Below are positions 46,934 to 59,589 of a stretch of DNA of 64,000 nucleotides, in pieces (the first letter of the stretch is position 1; each line of letters starts with the position of its first letter). The position numbers and the translations under genes were made by a program. Below the pieces are notes generated by a model. It searched no databases. It saw nothing but the letters and a program-made list of their open reading frames with translations, and was not told the DNA's origin. Origin of the DNA: Eremomyces bilateralis CBS 781.70 (Eukaryota); NCBI GenBank assembly GCA_010015585.1, contig ML975171.1. One strand, written 5' to 3'.

Positions 46934-49528
46934 CTATGACGAGCCCGCCTGGGCCACGACGGGAGGCGGAGGCGGCGGCGCTCCACCGTCCCCACCCACC
47001 GGTTGCGGCGGTTTGGGACCGCCGAACCCAGGAACGACGATGTCGGGCAGCTTGATCGGAGCGTTTTCGCCCATCTTCATCTTCCCTGGAAGTTTCTCGC
47101 CCCTGACGACCTTCTCCATCTCATCCTTGTCCAGATACTCGTACTCGACCAGCGCATCGGCGAGAAGGTCCAACTCCTTTCGCTTCGCGAGGAGGAGTTT
47201 GGTGGCGCGGTCTTTCCCGTCCTCAAGGATCTTGTGGACTTCGTCCCAGATCTTCTGGCGGGTTTCGGATGAGAGTCGGTTGTACTCGGAGTGGAGATCG
47301 ATGTTTCCGAAGGCGTCAGACATGCCCATTTGAGTGACCATGGCATAGGCAATGGACGTGGCTTTTTGCAAGTCAGATGAGGCGCCAGATGTGACGTTGT
47401 CGTTTCCGTACACGAGCTCTTCCGCAACCTTGCCGCCCATGCATACGTCAATGGTAGCGAGATATTCCTTCTTGGCCATGGAGACACGGTCCATTTCCGG
47501 TAGCTGGTACGTGATCCCCAGGGCGTGTCCGCGAGGCATGATGGTGGCTTTGTACAACGGATCGGCAGCAGCGGTAAACATAGCGACTAGGGCATGGCCG
47601 CCCTCATGATATGCCGTCATGATCTTGTCCTTCTGTTGAATAACCGCGCTGCGCCGCTCCGCACCCATGAGAACCTTATCTTTAGCCCATTCGAAGTCAA
47701 TCATGGCCACTTGCTTGGCCTTACGCTTGCTCGCGTGCACGGCAGCCTGATTCACGACGTTCTCAAGCTCCGCACCGGAAAACCCAGGAGTCGCTCGCGC
47801 CAAGACCGATGCGTCCACGTCGGTGGAGATCTGGACGTTGCGCATGTGGTGGGTCAAGATGCCCAACCGACCCCTGACATCGGGGAGGGGAACCACGACA
47901 TGGCGGTCGAATCGTCCGGGTCGAGTCAAAGCCTTATCCAGCGACTCGGGAAAGTTGGTCGCACCGATGATAATGACGCCGGCGTCCTGATCGAATCCAT
48001 CTAACTCGGTGAGTAGTTGGTTTAGCGTCTGTTTCACATAGGCGGCGTCTCTTTCGTTTCGCTTGCCTCCGATGGCATCCAACTCGTCTATGAATACAAT
48101 CGCGGGTGCCTTGGTCCGAGCAGCAGTGAAAAGCTCACGAACGCGCTTGGCACCGACACCGACATAGACTTCATCGAACTCGGAGCCAGACATGTAGAAG
48201 AACGGGACTCCCGCCTCACCTGCAACGGCACGAGCGAGGAGCGTTTTGCCGGTACCAGGAGGGCCAACGAGCAAAACACCTTTAGGAAGCTTGCCGCCAA
48301 GTGCGCTGAACTTATCGGGTGATTTCAGGAATTCAACCAGCTCTAGTAGTTCATCCTTCGCTTCTTCGCATCCATGAACATCGCTGAACCGGGTGGTCTG
48401 AAGTTCGGGTCGTGCTTCGGCATGCTGCTGACCGCTAACCCTCCGCAGCATCCCCGTCCCTTCAAGCAGCAGATTGAGAACTACCATTGTGATCCATACG
48501 CCGAACCCAAAAGTCAGGAGAAACCTGAATAGTTTGAAGACGGTAGACCACATGGATTCATCAACGACGACATGAAGAGGGCTAGTCTTGGCGCCTGAGC
48601 CACCTCTGGCACTGACGGTCCCTCCAGCTGCACGAACACGACCAGCAACCGCCTGGCCAACAGCTTGGAGTTGCTCTTGGGAAAGTGCGCCGCCGTTACC
48701 TGCAGCATCTCTCCCTGCAACTTCACCGGGTCCGAGCTCGGCTGCTCCCAATCGCTCCAAAGAACGCGTGTACAATGCCTCGCATGCAGGATTGGCGGCA
48801 AAGCGTCCAGTCTGGTATCGGTGAGCGACTATGTCCGGACGGTTTGCCCGGAGGCAGGCGGAGTAGAAGGCATTTTGCGCCGTTGCGCTTTGGGGGTTGT
48901 TGTTCGCAGTTTGTTCGAGGTGCGAGAGAACCGATGACGAATTCGAGTTATTATTGGAGCCTCCAAACAGTCCCCGACGTTGTTGTTCGAAGACATTTCC
49001 ATATCCCCCGACCTTCCGCAGACCGAATGGACCGAATGTTGTCGATGTAGAGTGATTTCTTCGGACAGATGAGAGATTTCGAACTTGGGGGTTAGTCAAG
49101 TGGAATCGATTGCGCGGTACTGCTGACACCAGAGATTGCCAGGTCAAAGGAGAAAGACCAGTCGGGACTGTTTTCAATGCCGCGATATTCGGTTGAGTTA
49201 GAAACTCGGGTAGCGGGACGGTCACCCCTTCTGAGGCATGCTTGGTAACAGCATCATGACCTAGCTGCCGCTCAGAGTGCAATCCCCTTGTGTCTTGCTT
49301 TTGAACGATTCGTGTTCGGGGCCGCGAGTTCGTAGTCGGTCTTTGACCGGATGTTCGCCACGGGGTTGAGAGGATGGTTAACAACGACGGCAAGGCTTCA
49401 ACTCCCGCCGAGAATGCGCTCTGAGTTAAAGAATTAGCGGCTGCTCTCTGAGGAGACACTTTTATAACGCGCAACAATGGTGATGATCCAATGCTTACCG
49501 CTGCCAGAAGATTGGCCTGTAAAGCCAT
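46934..49528 (-). CDS. YME1: Mitochondrial i-AAA metalloprotease
   Basis: [31 protein letters not shown], zinc motif HEGGH, GASSD; likely in-frame intron near the 5' end. Confidence 0.95.
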   Translation of the reverse strand: MALQANLLAAVSIGSSPLLRVIKVSPQRAAANSLTQSAFSAGVEALPSLLTILSTPWRTSGQRPTTNSRPRTRIVQKQDTRGLHSERQLGHDAVTKHASEGVTVPLPEFLTQPNIAALKTVPTGLSPLTWQSLVSAVPRNRFHLTNPQVRNLSSVRRNHSTSTTFGPFGLRKVGGYGNVFEQQRRGLFGGSNNNSNSSSVLSHLEQTANNNPQSATAQNAFYSACLRANRPDIVAHRYQTGRFAANPACEALYTRSLERLGAAELGPGEVAGRDAAGNGGALSQEQLQAVGQAVAGRVRAAGGTVSARGGSGAKTSPLHVVVDESMWSTVFKLFRFLLTFGFGVWITMVVLNLLLEGTGMLRRVSGQQHAEARPELQTTRFSDVHGCEEAKDELLELVEFLKSPDKFSALGGKLPKGVLLVGPPGTGKTLLARAVAGEAGVPFFYMSGSEFDEVYVGVGAKRVRELFTAARTKAPAIVFIDELDAIGGKRNERDAAYVKQTLNQLLTELDGFDQDAGVIIIGATNFPESLDKALTRPGRFDRHVVVPLPDVRGRLGILTHHMRNVQISTDVDASVLARATPGFSGAELENVVNQAAVHASKRKAKQVAMIDFEWAKDKVLMGAERRSAVIQQKDKIMTAYHEGGHALVAMFTAAADPLYKATIMPRGHALGITYQLPEMDRVSMAKKEYLATIDVCMGGKVAEELVYGNDNVTSGASSDLQKATSIAYAMVTQMGMSDAFGNIDLHSEYNRLSSETRQKIWDEVHKILEDGKDRATKLLLAKRKELDLLADALVEYEYLDKDEMEKVVRGEKLPGKMKMGENAPIKLPDIVVPGFGGPKPPQPVGGDGGAPPPPPPVVAQAGSS

Positions 49529-51405
49529 CCCCACTAGAAAGCGAAGTTCGAGGGGACTCCCAGTCGGGGCTACTGGTCAACAAGCGCCAAATGAAGGGAA
49601 TAAAGAAATGAAGAGATTAATGTGACGAAAAGCATGCCATAACTGTTCGACCAAGGATCAACCAATTCTCGTGCGGGACTCTGAATGCGGCGTAAAGATG
49701 ATGATGACCACGACATTCGCGCGACTTCGCAACATGCGAATGTGGACTTTCGAACATCACGTGCATGGACTGTGCTACACGTGACCTGGACCAACAATCG
49801 AGAATGTTCCACCACTGTTCCGTGCAATGGAGTTACGTCCAGGGGAAGACGAGATGTCGATGTCTTACCTTGGCAAAATACCTTAGGCATCAACCATGTT
49901 TGAATGTCAGGTGACAGATCCATGTCTAGTCAAGTTCATCTTCAGTTCAATGTTCCATTACTCACCTCTCACTGTGATGATTGATGCATTGATCCTGATC
50001 CGATCAAAATATGAATTCGGGAAAATAAGGTTAGTTCTGGATGGTACTTTTAACATTTAACTTTCTGGACATCGAAACATAATTGTATCAATAATCAAGC
50101 ACCTCAACTCCTCCCCAGTCCCCACTGTAGTACTCTTCCTGGAGTTTCACCCCACGCCTCTTCTAGCGAAACCAAGAATAGATATCACAGGTGCTTCCAC
50201 CCGAAGTCCCGATTCCCGAACAGAACAAATACGTACTGTGCGAGTGTGGCTATTATTCCCGATCATCGTACATAGTAGAGCTTAACAGCTCGAGGTCATG
50301 ACTGAGGCAATCCCAATTTCCTTGACAGTTCACACTTCACAACAATCCAGGCTCAGCCCCGCAAGTCAACTCATATGCTCCTCAGGGGCTCACCGAGATT
50401 TCCGAGCATGGGATGATGTGCTGGAATGGGGCAAGCCCTTGTATGTAACCTTTACCCGTCTGTCTGTCTCAACACTTAAGACTGAGTCAAATGTCAATAA
50501 GCAACGGATTTTTTTAGTTCTTTCAGCCGTTCTTGAGCGCTGCAATTCGGACTCCGGAGCAGGTGATATTTAGCCCCTCGTGTTAACAGAATCGCGGCTT
50601 GTCAAGGAACGGTACCACTGAGAGCTTCCGTCACATACTACCTATGAACCTCAAGTAAATGAGCCTGGCCCTCGGTTTAACTGCCATCCACCCGGAAATA
50701 ACAATTCGGATCAGAGCATTTTCGTTGTCTTCTCGAGTCTTGCAAAAGTCTAGATTCCGGCGCCCGTCGGGTATCACAACCACGCGCATGCACAGAGCCG
50801 CTTCACGATCCCAAGGTTCGGTTTTGGTTTGGTGACCCCATGGACTCATGCTAAGAAAAGCCATGAGGGACCGGGGGATCCCCACTGATAGTCGTGTAGC
50901 CCCGGCTAGGCCCTACAAAAGCAAAGGCAAGCGTGGTTGATAGCACAACAGACCAATGTAAATCCGAGCATTCCGCTTCGAGGCCAATCAGGCTCACGAA
51001 CTCGGACAGCGGCCCCGGCTCATTATTCCCAATTCGGTTTGGTCCTGGCAGCCTAAGTGCCTGGATACGAGCTCAGAGGATGGTTTTCAAGGGTTGCCAT
51101 TGACAACACCCTTGACCATCTTCCCATTTTCTCGCATAGGCGGCGTAGCTGAACTGCACCCGGTTTCGTGGCGCGTTTTAGTGAAGAAAGAAGAGATTGT
51201 GAGCGACTCGGCGCATCCATTGCGTGCGGCTTGCTTTTGAAGGATGGCTTGGTACGAGCGCTCGTTGACCGGAGGTTGATCTCCTCTCCGGCAATTCTCA
51301 TCTTCTCCAACCCTTCTTGCTCGACGCGGTTCTTTCGTTGCGTCTCTTTCTATTGTCTAGCCAGTCGTTCCAAATCTCGTTTGTTTGAGTCGAAATTAAG
51401 TCACG

Positions 51406-52599
51406 ATGTCGCAAACCTACCGAATGTTTGCAGCGGCGCTGCTACCGCTGCTGGCCATGGCCGCAGCAGAAGCTGTGCCGGACCCGATGGTCACCACTGC
51501 TCCGCAGTTGGAGGGAAGGCAGAACGATCAGACAGTCGTCGGATATGTTAACACGCACGGAACCTGTATGATCATTTGAAATGTATCGGCGCCTTAAGAA
51601 CCATTTGCTAATAGTAGTCTCCAGTCTCTCCTATGTTCTGCCCTACCGGCAGGACATGGTCGCAAATGGGGACATACGGACGCTGCTGCACAACCACGGC
51701 GCGGAATTGTGAGATGCCAACGGGTTGCCTTTCAACGTCACTTCTTCTCGGCGAATCAGATACTACGATAACATGGTATGCATTTCCTTACCACCCCTCT
51801 ACAATATCTATCTAACCTGTCTTGCAGCACATCTACTGATGCTCCGGTATGCATTGCCGACCTTGTCTACGACGACTTCAGCGATGCCACACCGGTGGTT
51901 TGGGCTGGCTGCGATATGCCCCGCTCCGCCGTTACTTTATACCGAACCAATCCTGGTGCTAGTAGCTCGTCGACGACGCGTGACACGACAACCTCAGATT
52001 CCTCCACCTCGGGCCAGACCACCAGCTCATCAAGCACATCAAGCCGCCTTACCCCTACCCTTCTCCCTAGCGACGGTGACAATGGCGGCGATGGTACCGG
52101 TGTCGTCAAAAAGAAGAAGGGCGGCAACGGATGGATCGCGGGCGCCGTTATTGGACCCATTGCCGGCCTTGCGCTTATCGGTGCCCTGATCTTCTACCTC
52201 CTCCGCAAGAAGAAGTCCCCACCACCAGCTGCCGCTGCCGCTGCCGCTGCCCAGCAGCAACCACTGAACATGCCTCCTCCAGATATGTCGCACCAGTACC
52301 CCGGCCACATGTCCATGGTTGGCTCCCCGCCTCCGCAATATCAAACAGGCTTCGACCCGTCCAAGGGTCCTGTCGCTGGTGCAGTTCCCGTTGGCGCCCC
52401 GATGGACTCCTCGCAGCAGTACGCGTATCCCCAGGGACAACCTGGTCAATATCCTCCCCAGCAAGGCCAAGAATATAAGGGATACTATCCACCTCAAGGA
52501 CAGCCACAGGTGGCGGGCGTGCCACACCCAGGACCGCCGCAGTCTCCGCAACCACAAGCGCCGCCGCAGCAGCAGGCTCCGGCGGCCGAACTGCAGTAA
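51406..52599 (+). CDS. Type I membrane protein: signal peptide, Cys-rich ectodomain, Ser/Thr stalk, TM, Pro/Gln-rich tail
   Basis: MSQTYRMFAAALLPLLAMAAAEA; exons ~51406-51565, ~51625-51775, ~51828-52599; TM WIAGAVIGPIAGLALIGALIFYLL followed by RKKK; ends AELQ. Confidence 0.8.
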
Positions 52600-52937
52600 A
52601 CCTTGTCAGCGGTCAGGCGTGCGGTGGTGTCACAAGTGACAAGTAGTCGGACCTAGGTCCGGTCGATAGGTGTTTTCGGCTGGTTGGTATCAATTTGCAA
52701 GCGTCTTGCACGTGGAGCCCTTCATTTCAAAATCACATTTATGATTCTCATATCGTGTATTAATTCAGGGATGGAATTGGATCTGCATCGGGGTCGATCG
52801 GGGGAAATTGGGGAATTCCATATATGCGCCATGGTTTTTCTAACACTGGATCCCATACAATAGCATTCGTTAACTCTCGACCGATGTTACTTTTCTGATA
52901 CTCTACAATAGACAATGCAGCCTTGAGCGACTTTTTC

Positions 52938-54587
52938 TTATGCAGGAGGCAAGAACGCCCCATATAATCCCGCCTGTACGCCTGCGTAGATGATCATCCA
53001 CATCACAATCGCTTTTGGCGGCACCACCATCCTCCAAGTTGTGAACGGCACCATCAATGTGAGCTGCCATCGGCCCTGAACGGCCAAAGCAACAGCCATA
53101 TACCACAACGGATATCCGCTGCAAAGCCGCAGAACAATTTGCACATGGTAGGACATGATGGCTGTGACCGCGAGCAGGAGCTGCGGAATGGCAAGGCGCG
53201 CTAGCACCATCTTCTGTATCTCTTGTCCTTCGTCATCATCTTTCCTCGCCTTCTTCACTCCATCAGAGGCACCTCCTGACCTCGATTCCTTCCCAATCTT
53301 CTCACGAGAAATGGGCGATCGCTCAAACACAAGCTCCCCCCTTATCGCCGCCATACTACTTTGAATCAATAGACACAGCGCTGGCGCTACCATGACGAAC
53401 AGCGGCAAGTTCGGGACCGTCCAGTAATGCAGGAACCCCACGTCCCAGTACGTCGACTGGACAAAGGCATATATGCTTGGGGGGAAGCTCTTGCACCACG
53501 GCCGGGGTTCGCGAACTGCGGAGGACGCACCGCAAAACTGCTGCCACGCGAGATATTGCGGGTATGAGAATGTAAGGAGGACGAGAAGGCCCGACGGGAT
53601 GATGAGTGATGCTCGAAGGAGCGGGTGGGTTGGTGCGCGAGTGGCGAATAGGGGCGGAGAAGTAAAGAATTGCTGGGTGGCGGAGAGGATACGGCGGAAG
53701 AATGGGAGGCGGGCTAGGGGGTGAGAGAGGGTGGAGAGAAGGTCGAGGAGGTAGATCGCCCCGCTGAAGAGGCCATTGCTGCGGGGGAGAACGGCAAGGG
53801 ACAGCAAGATGGCGGAGGGGAGCAGCCAAAGGTGTCTAAGAGGAGACGGAGATGTGAATAAAGCCTTGTTGCTGTGGTAGAGGGACTGGAGATAGAAGTA
53901 GAGAGACGTGAAGTGTAAAAAGGAGAATAGTGATTCGCCGTAGGGGGCAGTTAAAAAGACACCAGCCGGGGAAAGGACGTGGAGCGCAGCAGTGGTGAAT
54001 GCAATTGAGTCATCAAAACCTGCGTGGTTTGAAGATCCCGTAATAAACAGCGTGAGGTAGTAGAGGACAAAAACCGATAAGAGGTGGGACGTATTCGTGA
54101 TGATCAAGCCAGACCAGATGTAGTTTAAGATTGATGACGATGCGGGATGGATGCCTGCTTGATTGTTAGCCGGTTCGACACGTGGATTATCAAGCATTAA
54201 CGAGCACATACAATCGGCAACATATCGAATTAACGTCGCAAAGCCCCAACTAAACGCCCATTGCTGCTCGTAGCGGTAACCGTCCCGGGCAATATCGGTG
54301 AAGTACACGGCATCCCAGCGAAGGAACCGGAGCAACCATCTCGATGACAGCGCTAGATGTGGAGACGTTGGTTTGTCGTAGACAGCTTCTGCACAATCTC
54401 TTACGGCCGAACCTCCGCCACCGAAGCCATTGCCCTCTCCTAGTAGATAGACGGAGGACGTGTCATAGCCAGACCATGGGCTGAATAATATAATGCCCAC
54501 TAGACAGGCTTTCCAGACGAGGAAAATGACGAGGAGGGAAAGAAGGGGATGGCGATGAGGCTCAATTCGTTGCCTCCATGTTGACAT
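52938..54587 (-). CDS. GPI18: GPI mannosyltransferase 2 (PIG-V)
   Basis: GYDTSS, LRWDAVYF..IARDGY.YEQQWAF, SPAGVFLTAPYGESLF, RSNG, YAFVQSTYWDVGFL.YWT..NLPLF, C-terminal FLPPA. Confidence 0.93.
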   Translation of the reverse strand: MSTWRQRIEPHRHPLLSLLVIFLVWKACLVGIILFSPWSGYDTSSVYLLGEGNGFGGGGSAVRDCAEAVYDKPTSPHLALSSRWLLRFLRWDAVYFTDIARDGYRYEQQWAFSWGFATLIRYVADCMCSLMLDNPRVEPANNQAGIHPASSSILNYIWSGLIITNTSHLLSVFVLYYLTLFITGSSNHAGFDDSIAFTTAALHVLSPAGVFLTAPYGESLFSFLHFTSLYFYLQSLYHSNKALFTSPSPLRHLWLLPSAILLSLAVLPRSNGLFSGAIYLLDLLSTLSHPLARLPFFRRILSATQQFFTSPPLFATRAPTHPLLRASLIIPSGLLVLLTFSYPQYLAWQQFCGASSAVREPRPWCKSFPPSIYAFVQSTYWDVGFLHYWTVPNLPLFVMVAPALCLLIQSSMAAIRGELVFERSPISREKIGKESRSGGASDGVKKARKDDDEGQEIQKMVLARLAIPQLLLAVTAIMSYHVQIVLRLCSGYPLWYMAVALAVQGRWQLTLMVPFTTWRMVVPPKAIVMWMIIYAGVQAGLYGAFLPPA

Positions 54588-56217
54588 TTGTGCGAATGAT
54601 TTTATATCCTTGACTATCTGTCAGATTGCCGGATATCTTTCAAGACCTCGAAAGCATTCGATGTATCGTCCAACTGTTTGGATTAGATTCGGCCGTCGAT
54701 CTCATGCATGTGATGGATCGGAGGTTCTGAGTTCGCCGTGGCCCCGATGTGCCGATATTCGTCCACGTTTCGGGCCGCTGATAGTCCGATGTTCCCACAC
54801 CATGCCCACTTCCCAGACTAAGAGTGAGGAGAGTGAATCAACTGTTAAGAGACCAGTGATGATTTTTGTGCTTAGAAGAGGCTGACCTTCACGCGGCATT
54901 TGCGGTGGAATTTAGGAATTAGGACGTCTCATTCGCTCAGCCAGTCCCGCATGCTTCCGAGTCTCAGCTCATCACCTGGGCAAATCTAGTTGTGCAACTT
55001 CTCTAATTACCGCAAGCACTGCCAATTTCTGTATAAGATCGACCTATCAGAGCAGCATTCGATCCAAGCGAGCGAATGGAATACCGCCCAAGTCTCAAAT
55101 GTCTCAGCTAAGTCAATACCGAGAAATGCAGGATACGGACATACGGACGTAGGGACGGATGTACGGATGTACGCGTATTAAACTCACCCTGCGTCCGTAC
55201 GAACTGGAACAACTCTCCTCCCCGGGTGAGGAACAGAAACATAAATCCGTAGCAGTTAGGTCATACCGTCTCAGGCTCTCAGCACATACCTCACCAATTT
55301 ATGGAGCATTCGTTGGTCGAGACCTGTTTGACGATTTGAGTTTTGACCGGACACGAAAAGGCCCCAAGACCCAAGTCCTTCACTTTGGTCATCCAATGAC
55401 GGCGGTGATCCTCAACTCGGTCGGGTGGTCGGGAGTCCGAGTGGGGATGTGAGGCGTTTTTGGTTTTTAACATGTCTGCACTTGGCCCCCGGCGTTGCTT
55501 GTGTTTAAGTAGGGCTGATCTGTGAGAGCCAAGATGCCCATGTCATGCTCACTACTTTTCGAGTTCAACGTGAGGTCAGAATCCAGATGGTATTCGAATC
55601 AAAGAGGTTGGAGAGGTGATGATAGTTGAAACGCCTTGAGTCGCTTTCTCCGTCACTGCTACACTGGTGGAGTCCACCCTTCCTGCTGATCTCACTACTT
55701 TATATGCGTTTGATTACGCCCTACACGAGCTTCTTCATCACCCACCACATTCCTCCCAATCTATGACCCTAGCCCATCCGTCGATTCCGGTTGGTGATTG
55801 GCACTACACATCATTCGCGTCACCATCCCACTTAATACTGTTCTGAACGCCCCCCTTGCCTCCAGAGCGTGTCCCCTGGAATTTTGTGACAGGAAACGCC
55901 GCGACATACCGCCCTCGGTTTGCTTTGCGAAAGTCAAGTGAAAGGATTGAGTTTAGATGCTCCATCTCAGGCGACGAAGCTTCCTTCTTTTCTCATCCAA
56001 TACTTGGGATCCCGTTCTCTTTCTATACGATCGTGCCTCTCAGGACTAAATCATCCAAGACCCCGCACTGCATCCATACACCGACTTAACCTCATACGAT
56101 CCTCACGATACGTCCGCCCCCCAGTCGTTCGAGGAGCTACGATGTTCCTCACCGATCATTTTCCGCGGTCCCGGTTTATAGACTAAACCGTGACTGTGAA
56201 TTTACCTTTCCATCACC

Positions 56218-58299
56218 ATGTTCATGTCGCTCCTCACAGCCGACGCTGCTGCCCAACATGGTCACGAATTCTCCCCTACACGGGACCTGAGTCCCGGTGC
56301 GAATCCCTACTTCTATTTACCACAATCCCTTAGTACCCTACCGGCCGCGGGACTCCGCGGCCTGTCGTATAGGAACGGTCCGCGGTCGAGTAACCTTAAG
56401 CCGACAATAAGGTCCAGGTCACAGTCAGTTGTGAAGACCCCGAAGACTATATCGTTTGCAGACGAACTACCTCTACCCATTGAGGTTCGGATTGCAGCAC
56501 AGCAGGAAGGGGACGATGACGTACGAAACCAGTCACCATCATTGAGCAGCGTCGAAACCCCCGTTCAATCAAGAGCAAGTCCAGGGAACGTTGCGGATGC
56601 CTCCTCGAACAATAGCATAAAGTCGTCACGGAAAGGCGGTTCGGAATGCCGTCCCAAACAAACCCTCAATTTCGCCCACCCTCCGCCATTGGGATCCAAG
56701 TACCAAAGGCTCCATATCAAGCCTCGCCTCCTCCTCCAGCTGCAAGAGATCGCCATGAGCGGACGCCCCGAGCCAGCTTTCGAAGTAGTCCCATCCTCCC
56801 GCCTCCCGTTACGCCTCGCCCGGAAGCTCGCCCGTCTGCATCACCATTTCAACACGGCACTTGGGCCAGATGACATGGTCGTCTTTCGGGCTGATGGGCT
56901 GCTGGCCCACCATGACGAAGATAACTGGGATGCCCGCGAACCACTTGGCCTCATCCGTATATCATCCGATGGATATGCGGACGTTTGCTTGAACGACGGG
57001 TCAATATGGCGCGCTTCGCCACGCAATCGTGGGAGGTATGATTTTACCTACATTGACGAGCATGGCGTCCCACGGACGGTACGATGGATCTCAAGACCGG
57101 TGCGCAGAAACCATGCTCGATCCAGCAGTCCGCTTGCAGGTGGTTTGCCCGTCACCGAGGAGCAAAAGTTCATTTTCAGTTCCATTATGCCGGACTCAAG
57201 GCGTCATCCAATCATTGCCACAATGACGCCCACGGGCATGGATATCTTCTCACAGTACAAAGTGCCCGGCTCGCGAGCTCGACAACACGATAAAATGCCA
57301 TTGGAAACGGAGCGCGTGTGCGCAGATCAACGCTCATTTATGGAGCGTACTGCAACTCCAGAGTCATTCCCAATCGAGACCGACGATCTATTGCGTAAGC
57401 TTATCCTCGTTTCAGGAATCTGGGTATGTTTCCAGGAAGAGTGGGCAACAGGGACGCCTTTTCCGTCCGCTTCAACTCAGACTCGGGGAAGGAAACCAAC
57501 GCGGACGTTTTCAACTCCCGTGCCAGCGAACCCTTCCGCCGCGGATCCGCAACCTGTCGAATCCAATACTGTGGCTGTATCGCCAGTGCTTCGACATGAT
57601 CCAGAGCATTCTCGCCCGCCGCTTTGTCTCCAACTACACCATCGTTCCAAAACAAGCAGTATCCCCGTTTCCGAGCTCATCTCTCCAACCCGGGCCTCCT
57701 CACCCCGCTCCATATCTTTGTCTGTTCCTCCCAGCAATCGGGTTGCCTCTTCCCCATTCCGCTCCACACATCGCCACTCATACATGAATCCCACGACACC
57801 CATCTCCAGACCCGTTTCCCCAACAAAAACCACGACTACAACCTACATCGCTTCCGATCGACCCCATCCTCTTACCACACCGACCCATCATACCTCCAGC
57901 ATCAACCCCTTCCACCGCCTCTCGAGCGTCCTCCCCCATCGACGACACTCCGTCTCCGCGCCCAATTCCTCGACCAAGACCCCACAGCCTGCACTACAGG
58001 CCATCTCGCCGACATCAAAGCTGGAGTATGAATCGCCCGATCAGAGCAAGGCTACGGTTGCCGGGGTATTCAGACCCCAAGCGAGGGCGGTTTCGATGAT
58101 CCAGGGGACGGGGGAGGTCGGCAGGCCGTGGGAGGGCTGGCAGGGTGGAGAGACTGGCATACCCATCGGGAATGGCGTGAGCTATGATGAGGGACCAGGG
58201 TTCGAGACGGATCGGGAGGGGGAGAAGAAGAAGCGGTGGGGGAGGTTGAGGAGGGTGATGGGCTTTGGGAAGCTGAGAAAGGGGAAGAAGGATGAGTGA
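56218..58299 (+). CDS. Hypothetical protein, Ser/Pro-rich
   Basis: 693-aa single ORF with structured-looking blocks (FAHPPP..KPRLLLQLQ..RPEPAFEV; FIFSSIMPDSRRHPIIATM; LILVSGIWVCFQEEW). Function not recognised. Confidence 0.8.
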   Translation: MFMSLLTADAAAQHGHEFSPTRDLSPGANPYFYLPQSLSTLPAAGLRGLSYRNGPRSSNLKPTIRSRSQSVVKTPKTISFADELPLPIEVRIAAQQEGDDDVRNQSPSLSSVETPVQSRASPGNVADASSNNSIKSSRKGGSECRPKQTLNFAHPPPLGSKYQRLHIKPRLLLQLQEIAMSGRPEPAFEVVPSSRLPLRLARKLARLHHHFNTALGPDDMVVFRADGLLAHHDEDNWDAREPLGLIRISSDGYADVCLNDGSIWRASPRNRGRYDFTYIDEHGVPRTVRWISRPVRRNHARSSSPLAGGLPVTEEQKFIFSSIMPDSRRHPIIATMTPTGMDIFSQYKVPGSRARQHDKMPLETERVCADQRSFMERTATPESFPIETDDLLRKLILVSGIWVCFQEEWATGTPFPSASTQTRGRKPTRTFSTPVPANPSAADPQPVESNTVAVSPVLRHDPEHSRPPLCLQLHHRSKTSSIPVSELISPTRASSPRSISLSVPPSNRVASSPFRSTHRHSYMNPTTPISRPVSPTKTTTTTYIASDRPHPLTTPTHHTSSINPFHRLSSVLPHRRHSVSAPNSSTKTPQPALQAISPTSKLEYESPDQSKATVAGVFRPQARAVSMIQGTGEVGRPWEGWQGGETGIPIGNGVSYDEGPGFETDREGEKKKRWGRLRRVMGFGKLRKGKKDE

Positions 58300-59134
58300 G
58301 CTCCATGTACTGAGTATGGTTGCACTCGACTGTATAGGTTGTACGATACTATAGTCTTGTGTTGACATTGCATTGCGTCCATCGGTTTTGGTCATGATGG
58401 CGTTTGGCTCATCAACTGCTCCTTGCCCCCATGATAAGGCAGTTGGCCGAGTGTTCCAATGCCTAGACGAACAGGTGCAACGCTCCACTTGTTTGTAGTA
58501 CGGCGATAGGGAAGAATAGCCTATCTATTCTGTGAAATCGCTACTTGCAATGCCTTTATGCTGCCTGTAATTCGCCGTGTTAACTGCAATCTAGCACCAT
58601 CCCCAGAAACGATGTGAGCAAGAATACTTGCCATTCTCGCTTCAGGTTCTGGGAAGCCTATATTCATGATGCTATCCAGAAAGTAATTACGAGCGGAGGA
58701 TGTCGCTACTATATACTCCCATTTTTTCTACATGCACCAACTAGAAAGAGTGGATCGAAGGAGTCTCACATATTAGAGCACCGCCGCTTTCCTGGTCAGT
58801 GTAGTAGAGTGCATACAATTTTGAAGCACATTCAAAAGCCTTCTAGTGGATATCCGGTCCGCACGGAGATATAGGTCGGAAGAGCTGTTGGCTTTTCCTC
58901 GTAGTTAGGCCGCTATGTCGATCCGATATGCTGAATTACTGGCGAGCATGGTCGTCCAGATCTACACAGATGCGTCAAGCAAAGAGTCATTAGGGAAATG
59001 TGCAGATCACACCTCTTTTTCACGCATTTCTACTTCCGTAACCCTTGTTGCCAGGGTCAAATGTCTTAAGAGGGACTGGTAACTATGAGCTATTGAGTCT
59101 ATATAAATTCCGGCAGTCTCTTGCATCTCACAAT

Positions 59135-59589
59135 GGCTGGTGAGATTTTCCCCCCCGTTTTTGAGATTTTCCCCCCTCAGGAGTACCAAAATCACCACAT
59201 TTCAACTTCAACGCCAAACAGCTCAACACCAGCTTCGAAATAATATAATTTTTAAATGCTTAGAAAAATACTAAAGCCTGGGTAACTGAGCCTACTATTT
59301 TAGATCTCTACATACCCCCTGCGTTGTGGTTTAATTTTGTGCTGAAGTTGGTGAGTTGTATGAAAAAACTGCCATAACTTTAATCCTAAATCACGTAACA
59401 CCACAACTTATTAGGATTAAATTTCGGAGTCTAGGAGCAAGAGGGAGTCCTAAAGAACTCTATCTAAGTTTTGAATTTAAAAATAATGTTGAAAGTGTGG
59501 CTATATTGCCTTGTAAATTTCCAAAGCGGCGGTTTTGGTACTTCTGAAGGGGGGAAAATCTCAAAACGGGGGGGAAAATCTCACCAGCC
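59135..59589. mobile_element. Non-autonomous Mutator-like MITE, 455 bp
   Basis: ~60-bp TIRs beginning GGCTGGTGAGATTTTCCCCCCCGTTTT(T)GAGATTTTCCCCCC; perfect 9-bp TSD TCTCACAAT at 59126-59134 and 59590-59598; AT-rich non-coding interior. Confidence 0.92.

Noticed and set aside
27368..54587. Functional clustering of two E2 genes (RAD6, UBC12) and two GPI genes (GPI8, GPI18)
   Set aside because: They are separated by unrelated genes, which is compatible with chance.
55132..55173. Short TACGGA(C/T) tandem repeats
   Set aside because: A tiny degenerate microsatellite with no spacers; not CRISPR-like.
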